Origin: an uncultured Pseudomonadota bacterium
GTDB lineage: Bacteria > Pseudomonadota > Gammaproteobacteria > Steroidobacterales > Steroidobacteraceae
Direction: 5' to 3'
Assembly: GCA_963712795.1 (NCBI GenBank)
Contig: CAVQJH010000015.1
Span: 577,543-641,542, forward strand
DNA: 64,000 nucleotides
This document shows positions 36,694-44,964 of this stretch, in pieces. Every line of letters begins with the position of its first letter. The stretch's first letter is position 1. A program made the translations under genes and the position numbers. The notes under the pieces are model-generated. The model searched no databases. It saw only the letters and a program-made list of their open reading frames with translations, and had not been told where the DNA came from.

Positions 36694-38922
36694 ATGAGCA
36701 CGGAAATAGAAGAACGAGAACGATCGGACCGAGGAGCCTCGAGGCGGCGCGCGGAAGCCGCCCGAGTTGCATTCGCACCGCGCCCCCCGCCCCGCAGGCA
36801 GCGCTGGAGGCTCGCTGGAACGCTCACCCTGGTGACCCTCGTCGCCCTCGCGGGGGTATGGATTCTTCCCAGAGTCCGCTGGCGGGTCCGCGCCGTCGGC
36901 CTCGAGCTGACCGGGCGCATCCCGGACATGGGACTCGGCGATCTGCTCGCCCTGATACGACCGGGCTCGGGCCAGACGCGGCTGCGCAGCGTTCTGAGCA
37001 CGCGCAATCCCTACCCGGTGATCGTGATCCCGCCGCTCGATGCCGCGCAACAGGCCGCAGGTGTCAGGCTGTATGGCGCGCAATGCGCCGGTTGCCATGC
37101 CCCGGACGGCAGCGGCGGCCCGGGCGCTCCTGCATTGATCGGACGCCCTCTGGCGCACGGGGACACGCCCTGGGCCCTGTACCGGACGATCCGCTACGGA
37201 GTGGCCGGCACGGGAATGCCGCCCCATCCGCTCGCGCGCCGGCAACTGTGGGAGTTGGTCGGCTACCTGACCTCGCTCCGTGCACTGTGGGTGGCGCCCC
37301 GGATTCCAGCCGATGTCGTGGCCAGGCTCGGCTCGGTCCAGTTGCCTTACACGGAGCTGGCGCCGGCCGCGTACGCCGGCAATGACTGGCCGACGTATGG
37401 CGGCTCCTATGCTTCCAACAGGTTCAGCACCCTGACGGAGATCAATACCCTCGACGTCTCGAAGCTGGCGCTGCGCTGGCTGTATCCATTTGCGGGCAAC
37501 CGCTGGGCGATCGAATGCTCGCCTGTCGTGCGCGACGGCATCATGTACGTCACGGGCCCCAATGGCGAGGTGATGGCGCTCGATGCGCTCACCGGCGCGA
37601 AGCTCTGGGAGCACGACCATCCGTTCAGGCTCCTTGGCGGCGGCGAAGGACCGCTCGGACAGAACCGCGGCGTGGCGTTGCTCGGTGACCGGGTTTTCGC
37701 GGCAACATGGGACTCGACGCTCACCGCTCTGTCCGCGGCCACCGGCAAAGTGCTCTGGCAACGGCAGGTGGGGCCTTATCCCGGCAGCTGGCTCAGCGCG
37801 GCACCGCTCGCATTCCGGGACCTCGTGGTCGTGGGCGTGTCCGGCGCCGGCGAGGATTACATCGCCGGCTACGACGCCAGGACCGGACGACAGCGTTGGC
37901 GCTTCATGACCGTCCCCGGCCCCGGCCAGCCCGGACATGACACCTGGGCAGGCGACTCCTGGCGCCGTGGCGGCGCGGGACCCTGGATGACCGGCTCCTA
38001 TGATCCGGCGAGCGACGTCCTCTATTGGGGCATCGGCAACCCGCGGCCGGATTTCGATTCCTCGAAACGCGCGGGCGACAACCTCTACTCCGACTCGGTC
38101 GTCGCGCTGCGCGGCAGTACGGGGAAGCTCCTCTGGCATTTCCAGTTCACTCCCGGGGACACGCACGATTGGGACGCGGCGCAAGTGCCGCTGATCGCGG
38201 ATCGCGCGGTGAGCGCAGGCGGGGAGCGGCGGCTTCTCTGGGCAAACCGCAACGGCTTCTACTATGTTCTAAACCGGGACACCGGAGCCTTCGTGCGCGG
38301 CCTGCCTTTCGCCCGGGAGAACTGGGCGAGCGGCCTCGATGCGCGCGGCCGGCCCATCCTCGAGCCGATGAGCCAGAGCGCTCTGGGGCACCTGGTGTAT
38401 CCGAGCGCCAATGGCGCCACCAGTTGGTGGCCCCCCAGCTATGACCCGGATCTCGAGCTGACTTTCATCCCGGTGTTGACGCAAGGGATGACGTTCTTTC
38501 CGACGGCTTACTCGCTGCCGAGCTCCGAGCTGTCATTCAAGACTTCCATCCGTGCGGTGGACGCCTACAGTGGCAAGCTCGTTTGGGAGCATGAAGAGCG
38601 CGAGCGCACCGGCGACTACACCGTCTCGGGATTGCTGAGCACGCGCGGCGGCCTGGTATTCGCGGCCGCCGATGGCCAGTTCCTTGCATTGGATGCCCAT
38701 TCGGGCCAGACGCTCTGGAGCGCGCAAATCCAGGGAACGACCTACGCCGCTCCGGTCACCTTCGCGGTGGCAGGACAGCAATTCGTGTCCGTGGTCGTCG
38801 GACGATCACTCCTGACCTTCGCCCTGCCGCATGAGACGCCCGCGGATGGCATGAAGCCTGCTGCCGGGGCTTCGCATGCGAAAACACACTCAAGCAGATC
38901 CGGGTCTCGCGCGGCTGGCTGA
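36694..38922 (+). CDS. PQQ-like beta-propeller repeat protein with N-terminal membrane anchor and c-type cytochrome domain (quinohemoprotein-like)
   Basis: TM (LAGTLTLVTLVALAGVWILP). Heme motif CAGCH (YGAQCAGCHAPDGSGG…GMPP). Eight or more A.D..TGk.lW repeats (ALDALTGAKLWEHD, ALSAATGKVLWQRQ, GYDARTGRQRWRF, ALRGSTGKLLWHFQ, AVDAYSGKLVWEHE, ALDAHSGQTLWSAQ). Confidence 0.7.
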   Translation: MSTEIEERERSDRGASRRRAEAARVAFAPRPPPRRQRWRLAGTLTLVTLVALAGVWILPRVRWRVRAVGLELTGRIPDMGLGDLLALIRPGSGQTRLRSVLSTRNPYPVIVIPPLDAAQQAAGVRLYGAQCAGCHAPDGSGGPGAPALIGRPLAHGDTPWALYRTIRYGVAGTGMPPHPLARRQLWELVGYLTSLRALWVAPRIPADVVARLGSVQLPYTELAPAAYAGNDWPTYGGSYASNRFSTLTEINTLDVSKLALRWLYPFAGNRWAIECSPVVRDGIMYVTGPNGEVMALDALTGAKLWEHDHPFRLLGGGEGPLGQNRGVALLGDRVFAATWDSTLTALSAATGKVLWQRQVGPYPGSWLSAAPLAFRDLVVVGVSGAGEDYIAGYDARTGRQRWRFMTVPGPGQPGHDTWAGDSWRRGGAGPWMTGSYDPASDVLYWGIGNPRPDFDSSKRAGDNLYSDSVVALRGSTGKLLWHFQFTPGDTHDWDAAQVPLIADRAVSAGGERRLLWANRNGFYYVLNRDTGAFVRGLPFARENWASGLDARGRPILEPMSQSALGHLVYPSANGATSWWPPSYDPDLELTFIPVLTQGMTFFPTAYSLPSSELSFKTSIRAVDAYSGKLVWEHEERERTGDYTVSGLLSTRGGLVFAAADGQFLALDAHSGQTLWSAQIQGTTYAAPVTFAVAGQQFVSVVVGRSLLTFALPHETPADGMKPAAGASHAKTHSSRSGSRAAG

Positions 38923-39409
38923 TCTCATCGCCGACGCTGAGGTGGCGATGCTGACGACAGAGGACGGCGACGGCACGCTGCGCAGCCGTCCGCTCATGAC
39001 CCTGGAGATGGACGGGCAGGGACGTCTCTGGTTCTTTACCGAGCTCTCGACGCGCAAGGTGGGGGAGATGGACCAGCACCGCAAGGTCAACCTGAGCTAT
39101 GCGGATGTGGTGCGCCAGTGCTTCGTATCGATTTCCGGCCGCGTCAGGCTGTTACGCGACCCGGACAAGGCGCGCGAGCTGTGGACGCAGCGTGTGAAGC
39201 CGTGGTTCCCATCGGGCCTCGACGACCCCGACCTCGGGCTCCTCGAGGTCACGGTGGAAGACGCGGAATATTGGGACGTGCCAGCGAGCCGCATGCAGCG
39301 GCTTTTCGGACTGACTGGCTCGGATCAAGGCAAGCCCGGGCAGCCGGGCGAGCACGGTGAGGTGCGGCCCGGCCCCGGCTCAACCGCGGCGCGGCCGCGC
39401 CGAGAATGA
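38876..39409 (+). CDS. pyridoxamine 5'-phosphate oxidase-like family protein (general stress protein 26-like)
   Basis: …LIADAEVAMLTTEDGDGTLRSRPLMTLEMDGQGRLWFFTELSTRKVGEMDQHRKVNLSYAD… is the PNPOx-like split-barrel pattern. Overlaps the upstream gene end if 38876 is the start (alternative 38948). Confidence 0.75.
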   Translation: MRKHTQADPGLARLADLIADAEVAMLTTEDGDGTLRSRPLMTLEMDGQGRLWFFTELSTRKVGEMDQHRKVNLSYADVVRQCFVSISGRVRLLRDPDKARELWTQRVKPWFPSGLDDPDLGLLEVTVEDAEYWDVPASRMQRLFGLTGSDQGKPGQPGEHGEVRPGPGSTAARPRRE

Positions 39410-39500
39410 ATCGCCGGGAGCGATTCATGACCACGCGCGGCGCGTGCCGGCCCCCGCGCGAGCGGCGGCGAGCCCTAGGATGTGCCGAGCAATCGCTTCG

Positions 39501-39653
39501 TCACGCTCGCCTGAGGAAGGAGATCAGGGCGAGGATCAGGAATATGACGAAGATGACCTTGGCAATCCAGGCGGCTGTCGCGGCCAAACCCCAGAAGCCG
39601 AGGATCCCCGCGACGACGGCGATGATCAGGAAGACGACGGCGTAATACAGCAT
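39501..39653 (-). CDS. DUF1328-family small membrane protein
   Basis: [50 protein letters not shown] (50 aa) is the classic DUF1328/YtjA-like sequence. Confidence 0.7.
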   Translation of the reverse strand: MLYYAVVFLIIAVVAGILGFWGLAATAAWIAKVIFVIFLILALISFLRRA

Positions 39654-39809
39654 GCATGGGCTCCTGGCAGTTGGGGAGCGCACCGCAACTTTCGGACCCA
39701 GCGGCAGGGGAGGTGCTGCCTCTCCGGGGCAGGCGCGCGGCAACCGGCTTGGCCGCGCGGGGCTCCGCCGGGCAGGGAACCCGCTTTGCGCGCGACACTC
39801 GCCCGCACG

Positions 39810-40112
39810 CTACACCTGCTGCCCCATCGCGCGCAGGAGGTCCCTGAGCTCTGCAAGTTGCGCGGTGATGGCCGCCTTATCCGCATCGGAGAGAGCCAGC
39901 TGCGCCAGCAACTCCATCGCACCCTGATAGGTCAGACTCGCACTATCGAGATGGCGGTGTCTCTTTCCGTTCTTTTCCAACGAGGCCGCATCGAGATGCC
40001 AGCGCACGACAGTTACCTGCGCCTTGAGATGCTCGAGGTTCCGGAATTTTTCCAAGTGTGTGCCCTCGCATATCCAAGACCTGCTGTCGGATACGCAGGA
40101 TCCGTGCCGCAA
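39810..40112 (-). CDS. hypothetical small protein
   Basis: ORF with non-repetitive sequence (…THLEKFRNLEHLKAQVTVVRWHLDAASLEKNGKRH…MELLAQLALSDADKAAITAQLAELRDLLRAMGQQV) in a lower-GC patch. No family recognised. Confidence 0.25.
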   Translation of the reverse strand: MRHGSCVSDSRSWICEGTHLEKFRNLEHLKAQVTVVRWHLDAASLEKNGKRHRHLDSASLTYQGAMELLAQLALSDADKAAITAQLAELRDLLRAMGQQV

Positions 40113-40225
40113 CCTGATGATTCAACAAACATAAACGCGCGCTGAACGAGTTAGGTTGACAGCCGGATGCCCGAAAGTTCCTGCGTCTGCGGGCGCCGAC
40201 GGTGTTGGGAAACGGCGACGAACCG

Positions 40226-41068
40226 CTACCAGCGGTATGCGCCCGACACGCTGAGCGAGGCCTGGGCCTTGCGCTCCACCAGGGGGCTGCGCCCGGCGCT
40301 GCCCAGCAGCTCACTGATCGAGAGGTTGACGTTGGTGAGCAGGTGGGGAGTGAAGAAGCGCGTCGCACTGAAGCCGAACCCCGCCGCCTCGAGCCCGCCG
40401 TGGGCGGCGAATACCGGGTAACCTGACTGCAGGGACTGCCGCGGACTGATGCCGTAAATCGTTTGCGAGTGCTCGCGGTCGGCGAAGGTCACCGACGGCC
40501 CGGCAAACATTACGAACTTGCGCGAGCTGCCGGGCAGAGGCGTGTAGACATTGAGGTCGCCGACGAGCCCCGCGGCGCCGCCTGCGATCTTCCTGATATC
40601 GCCACGCAACAGGATGGGCAGGCGCTTGGAGACTATGTAGGTGCCTGCCAGCTTGAGGAAGGGCGCACGGGGAATGTCCCCGAGGCCGTGCAGGGTGCTG
40701 TAGTGCCAGCCCATCCGGCGGCCCATGTCCAGGCCCACGGCAAGCGAAACGCGGTATTGCTTGCCGACGAAGGCGTTGACTCCCAGGCCCTCGCCGCTCG
40801 AGATGAACGCCCTGTTCCGATAGCGGATGTTGATTACGGGCCCGCCGGAGACGAGATACTGGCTGGCGCCGCTATAGATGGGCGTCGTCGAAGCGGCGAC
40901 GCCCGTTATGACGTCCCACTTGGGTACTCTCGGAGCGAACAGGTTCTCGAGCGCGATACCCCCGGCGTACTGCCACTCCTGCATGGGGGAAGGCGTCTGA
41001 GCAGAGACGCCGCGCGCTCCAAATGCGAAAACCGCCGCGCACAGGCACGGCGCCAGTATCTTCAGCAA
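40226..41068 (-). CDS. mipA: MipA/OmpV-family outer membrane protein
   Basis: Signal peptide (MLKILAPCLCAAVFAFGARGVSAQ). Beta-strand-rich 260 aa ending …SVSGAYRW (aromatic C-terminus). Pattern typical of MltA-interacting protein family. Confidence 0.8.
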   Translation of the reverse strand: MLKILAPCLCAAVFAFGARGVSAQTPSPMQEWQYAGGIALENLFAPRVPKWDVITGVAASTTPIYSGASQYLVSGGPVINIRYRNRAFISSGEGLGVNAFVGKQYRVSLAVGLDMGRRMGWHYSTLHGLGDIPRAPFLKLAGTYIVSKRLPILLRGDIRKIAGGAAGLVGDLNVYTPLPGSSRKFVMFAGPSVTFADREHSQTIYGISPRQSLQSGYPVFAAHGGLEAAGFGFSATRFFTPHLLTNVNLSISELLGSAGRSPLVERKAQASLSVSGAYRW

Positions 41069-41126
41069 TAGTCATGCTCCTCCCGGGCTCAACGGCGGAG
41101 GAGCATGCCGGGTTCCCGGCGCAGCC

Positions 41127-41882
41127 TCAGCGGGTTACGCGCACCCGACGGCTGCGCAGCACGGCCAGCGCGCCGAGGAGCAGCGTGACCGCGCCGGCGA
41201 GGGTGGCGGGATCGAGCTCCGGAGCGGAGCTGACCGTGTGGCCCGGCGGGTCCCCGGGGGGCTGGTCATTGTTGCCGGGCGGCGGGTTGCCGCCGTCGTT
41301 CGTCTGCGGGTTCGAGTCGTTGTCCGTCGGAGTCGAGTCATGCACCTGGGTCACACCGCCCGAGGTGCCCGAGGACTGGCGGATGACGGTGACCGCCGTG
41401 CCGCCGTTGGCGCCGCAACCGGCCGGCAGCTCGCAATCGAGCAGCGCGGCGCCGTTGTAGGCATAGCCGTTGGCGAGGCTCTGCGGCTGGGCGGCGGCGG
41501 GCGTCGCGGAATGGTTGCTCGGCGGCGGCGTCTCGCCCGATGCGCCGTCAGAGTCGACGCCCGCATTGCCGGTGGAGGTATTCGCCGTCGCAGCGGAATG
41601 ACCGCCAGTGGGCGGCTGTTGACTGTTGGAATCCGCGATATCCGCCGAGTCGTCGGCGGCGCCGATGGCCGCAGGAACCCGCAGCGTCTGCTTCTCGCCA
41701 GCAGCAGCGACGATGGGCGCACCAGGCTGTTGCAACGCGGCAGGCGCCGGCACCGGGGCCTGGATCGCCTCGGCAACGTTGCGATAGCCATGATGATGGA
41801 CGAGCGTCAGGCCTACCGCCGCCAGGAATCCGAAGAGCAGAGCGATCAGCAGCCAGCGCGTCTTGTTATTTCGTGCCTTCAT
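41127..41882 (-). CDS. Pro/Thr/Gly/Asn-rich low-complexity protein with N-terminal signal-anchor and C-terminal TM + Arg-rich tail (PEP-CTERM-like sorting-signal candidate)
   Basis: N-term MKARNNKTRWLLIALLFGFLAAVGLTLV. C-term …VSSAPELDPATLAGAVTLLLGALAVLRSRRVRVTR (PEL/TM/RR arrangement). The middle is P/T/G/N/A-rich. Confidence 0.5.
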   Translation of the reverse strand: MKARNNKTRWLLIALLFGFLAAVGLTLVHHHGYRNVAEAIQAPVPAPAALQQPGAPIVAAAGEKQTLRVPAAIGAADDSADIADSNSQQPPTGGHSAATANTSTGNAGVDSDGASGETPPPSNHSATPAAAQPQSLANGYAYNGAALLDCELPAGCGANGGTAVTVIRQSSGTSGGVTQVHDSTPTDNDSNPQTNDGGNPPPGNNDQPPGDPPGHTVSSAPELDPATLAGAVTLLLGALAVLRSRRVRVTR

Positions 41883-42032
41883 TGGCCATCCCGTCTTTGA
41901 GTTCTTGTTACGACCGGCTTGGGCCGGCTTCTCGGACGGGAATCATCGCATCGATGTGACCCGTTTCGCAAATTGCCGCGCCGTTTGAACATAACCGTTG
42001 AACATAAGCGGGAGGCGCGCCCGCCGCGGCGG

Positions 42033-42752
42033 TCAGCTCGCGTCGTGGAAAATGACACCCAGGGTATGCCGCCGGCCGGAGCGCACACGGCTGACACCGT
42101 GGCGCAGATTCACGCGGTAATCGCCGCGTGTGCCGTGAACGGGCCGATGATGCACCGCAAACACGACAGCATCGCCTTGCCCGAGCGGCACCACTTCCGC
42201 GCGTGACTGCATGCGCGGACGCTGCTCCGTGAGCACGAATTCCCCACCTTCGAAGTCGCGCCCCGGCTGCGAGAGGAGCACGGTCAACTGCAGAGGAAAC
42301 ACCCAATCTCCATAGAGATCCTGATGCAGACAGTTGTAATCGTCCGGCCCGTACTGCAGCAGCAGCGGGGTCGGCTTCACCTGGCCCGCGGCGTGGCAGC
42401 CGTCGAGAAAAGCCGCGAGACTTTCCGGATAGCGCCCATCTCCTCCCAGGCGGCGACTCCACTCGTTCGCGATGGGCGCCAGAGGCCCATAGAGCGCCGT
42501 ACGCAGCTCCGCGACGAGTGGCGGCAGGGGATAGGCGAAGTACTTGTATTCGCCCCTCCCGAACCCGTGGCGGCTCATTACGACACGGCTGCGGAAGCGG
42601 TTGTCGTCGGAATAGAGAGTCGCCATCTCCCGGCAGGCGACCGGGTCCAGCAGGCTCGGCAACACCGCGCAGCCGCGGGAGTCGAGCTGGGCGGTTATTG
42701 TGGACCAATCCAAGCAGTTAAAACCATGGAATTTCAATGCACTATGCATCAT
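42033..42752 (-). CDS. 2OG-Fe(II) oxygenase superfamily protein (prolyl-hydroxylase-like)
   Basis: HQD…H facial triad context (CLHQDLYGDWVFPLQLTVLLSQPGRDFEGGEFVLTEQ…VVFAVHHRPVHGTRGDYRVNL…RHT). 239 aa. Confidence 0.7.
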   Translation of the reverse strand: MMHSALKFHGFNCLDWSTITAQLDSRGCAVLPSLLDPVACREMATLYSDDNRFRSRVVMSRHGFGRGEYKYFAYPLPPLVAELRTALYGPLAPIANEWSRRLGGDGRYPESLAAFLDGCHAAGQVKPTPLLLQYGPDDYNCLHQDLYGDWVFPLQLTVLLSQPGRDFEGGEFVLTEQRPRMQSRAEVVPLGQGDAVVFAVHHRPVHGTRGDYRVNLRHGVSRVRSGRRHTLGVIFHDAS

Positions 42753-42854
42753 TCATGAAATGCTTTCGAGATAGCCGCGGCGGCCACGAACGCGACCTTA
42801 CTACCGCCGTCTCCGCCACACTCGCCATTTCCGGACGCTAAAGAATCTGAGCCG

Positions 42855-43502
42855 CTAAAGGGCTTTTCGCAGCGTAAGGTTCAGACGCATACGCCCTACA
42901 GTTGGGTGACACGCGTCAACTACAGGCGCGACTCCATGGTACGCAAGACGATTTTCTCCGCCCCAAACCAACACATCGCCATGCGCCAACGCCAGGCGAT
43001 TCGGCTTGTCGGAACGCTTCGAGCCGCCAAACAGGAACGTTGCGCCGACTCCCAACGACACGGAAACGATGGGAGCTGAGAAGTCGCGCTCATCCCGATC
43101 CTGGTGCAGCGACATCCGCGCGCCGGGCTCATAGCGATTGATGAGACATACGTCCGGCCGGAAGGATTCGAATCCCGCCTGCGCGGCAGCGCGTTGCGCA
43201 AGGTGACTGAAGGACACCGGCAGGGTAGGCCAGGGCCGCCCCGTCTCAGGGTCGATTCGATCGTAGCGGTAACCCTTGCGGTCCGTGACCCAGCCGACCT
43301 CCCCGCAGTTGGTCATCGCGGCCGACATCCGCTGGCCGCCGGGCGTGAGCATGTGCCTGAAGGGCGCCGCCGCGGCGACGCCGTCGATGGCTGCCAGCAG
43401 CTCCTGCTCGACAGGCAAGGCAAAGCCTGGAAAGTGAGCCAGCCCCAGCTGGCCCGCGCGCTCGGCTCCGGATCCGTCGAAGAGGTCGTCGGCGAGGCTC
43501 AA
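42855..43502 (-). CDS. alkB: alpha-ketoglutarate-dependent dioxygenase AlkB (alkylated DNA/RNA repair)
   Basis: …CLINRYEPGARMSLHQDRDERDFSAPIVSVSLGVGATFLFGG…GDVLVWGGENRLAYHGV…RMRLNLTLRKAL are AlkB hallmark motifs (HxD…H, RxNxTxR). Confidence 0.85.
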   Translation of the reverse strand: MSLADDLFDGSGAERAGQLGLAHFPGFALPVEQELLAAIDGVAAAAPFRHMLTPGGQRMSAAMTNCGEVGWVTDRKGYRYDRIDPETGRPWPTLPVSFSHLAQRAAAQAGFESFRPDVCLINRYEPGARMSLHQDRDERDFSAPIVSVSLGVGATFLFGGSKRSDKPNRLALAHGDVLVWGGENRLAYHGVAPVVDACHPTVGRMRLNLTLRKAL

Positions 43503-43762
43503 TTCCGTGAGCGGAGCGCGAAGCCCAGCCTGATCTCCGTCGGCAGCAGCTTCACCACCAGATGGAGCAGGAGGGGAACGAGAACGAGGTCATCGATCAT
43601 TCCCGCCAAGGGAAGCGCGAAATTGACGGGATCGAGCGCGTAGAGCCCCAGAACCACCGCGACCGGCCACAGCCAGATGGGCCGGTGCCGATGCCGCAGC
43701 GCGAACCAGAGCAGGCTGAGATCGCGCGCCACCAGTCGCCAGAGCCTGAGCAATCGAAACAT
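43499..43762 (-). CDS. DUF1232/YkvA-family membrane protein
   Basis: 87 aa; …WPVAVVLGLYALDPVNFALPLAGMIDDLVLVPLLLHLV… is the conserved DUF1232 core. 4-nt overlap with alkB. Confidence 0.55.
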   Translation of the reverse strand: MFRLLRLWRLVARDLSLLWFALRHRHRPIWLWPVAVVLGLYALDPVNFALPLAGMIDDLVLVPLLLHLVVKLLPTEIRLGFALRSRN

Positions 43763-44132
43763 GGCGGGGCCTCCCGCAGTCAGATGAGCCTATGATGAAG
43801 ATCACGCCCGCGGAATCAAGCTTTGCCGGCCAGCGAGGGTCTGGCGATGCACGGAGGAGCTAATCCGCGCCGTATCTAGTCGTTGCTGCGACGTGATCCG
43901 ACTCGAGGATCGTCTCGGCGACTCGGTAGAGCATTAACAATTGCTTAATGTTTGTTAATGAGGGGTCGCTCGTTGTATCTCGCCGGCAAGGTGTCCGCAG
44001 GACACCTCGCTGGCCCTCCAATGGCCGCGCCGCGCGGCGAACTGCGGGGCGCCGGCAGTAATCTCGCTATTGGTTCTGGCGCAGCGTCGTCTACTATCAC
44101 GTCCCGCACTTTCTCCGAGGACAGGACCAGCG

Positions 44133-44924
44133 ATGCGTAAGCGACTGCGCCGGGTGCTGCCGGCACTCATGGCGCTCTGCATTCCTTTGTCGGCCATGGC
44201 CGAGACGCTCCCGTCCAAGCCGCAAGCGAGCGGCACGCCGCTCGTCTTTACTGCCCCGGCGTGGCAGTCCGGCGACTACTGGGCAACGTTCGATCATCAG
44301 TTGCTGGTGGACTTCGGCAACCTGGCGCGCTACCGCGCCTCCGATCTGCAACTGAGCGCCACGACCGCGGGCACTGACCGGGTCGTCTTCGTTGGCGACT
44401 CGATCACCGAGGGATGGAAGCTGGAGCAATCGTTTCCCGATAAGCGGTATGTCAATCGCGGTATCAGCGGCCAGACTTCGTCGCAGATCCTCCTGCGATT
44501 TCGCCAGGACGTGATCGATCTGCACCCCAAGGCCGCGGTGATCCTGGCCGGCACCAACGATCTTGCCGAGAACACCGGCCCCGCGACGCTGACCCAGATC
44601 GAAGGCAATCTGCAATCGATGGCGCAGCTGTCCCGAGCCAATCACATTGCGGTGATCCTGTGCTCGGTGTTGCCCTCGGTGAATTACTGGTGGCATCCGC
44701 AACTGCCCAATCCCGCAGCCCGGATTGTCGCCCTGAACCGATGGCTCGAGGCTTACGCGGCGAAAGAGCACTACGTGTACGTGAATTACTACGCGCCTAT
44801 GAAGGACGCCTCAGGCGGCCTCCGGCATGATATGAGTCCCGACGGCGTGCATCCCTCGGCAGCGGGCTACGCCGTCATGGCGCCGCTGGCTCGAGCGGGA
44901 ATCGATGAGGCACTGAAGCAATAG
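44133..44924 (+). CDS. SGNH/GDSL-family hydrolase (lipase/acylhydrolase), secreted
   Basis: Signal peptide MRKRLRRVLPALMALCIPLSAMA. Block I VVFVGDSITEGW; block III AVILAGTNDL; block V DGVHPS. Confidence 0.75.
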   Translation: MRKRLRRVLPALMALCIPLSAMAETLPSKPQASGTPLVFTAPAWQSGDYWATFDHQLLVDFGNLARYRASDLQLSATTAGTDRVVFVGDSITEGWKLEQSFPDKRYVNRGISGQTSSQILLRFRQDVIDLHPKAAVILAGTNDLAENTGPATLTQIEGNLQSMAQLSRANHIAVILCSVLPSVNYWWHPQLPNPAARIVALNRWLEAYAAKEHYVYVNYYAPMKDASGGLRHDMSPDGVHPSAAGYAVMAPLARAGIDEALKQ

Positions 44925-44964
44925 GATTCGGCAGTGCGGCTCCCAGACCGAGGCTGATCGACGA

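Noticed and set aside
36649-38184. 511-aa minus-strand ORF
   Set aside because: Antisense to the PQQ/cytochrome c gene, which has clear repeats and a heme motif. The translation is Arg/Gly/Ala junk.
40463-41071. 202-aa plus-strand ORF
   Set aside because: Antisense to the mipA-family gene.
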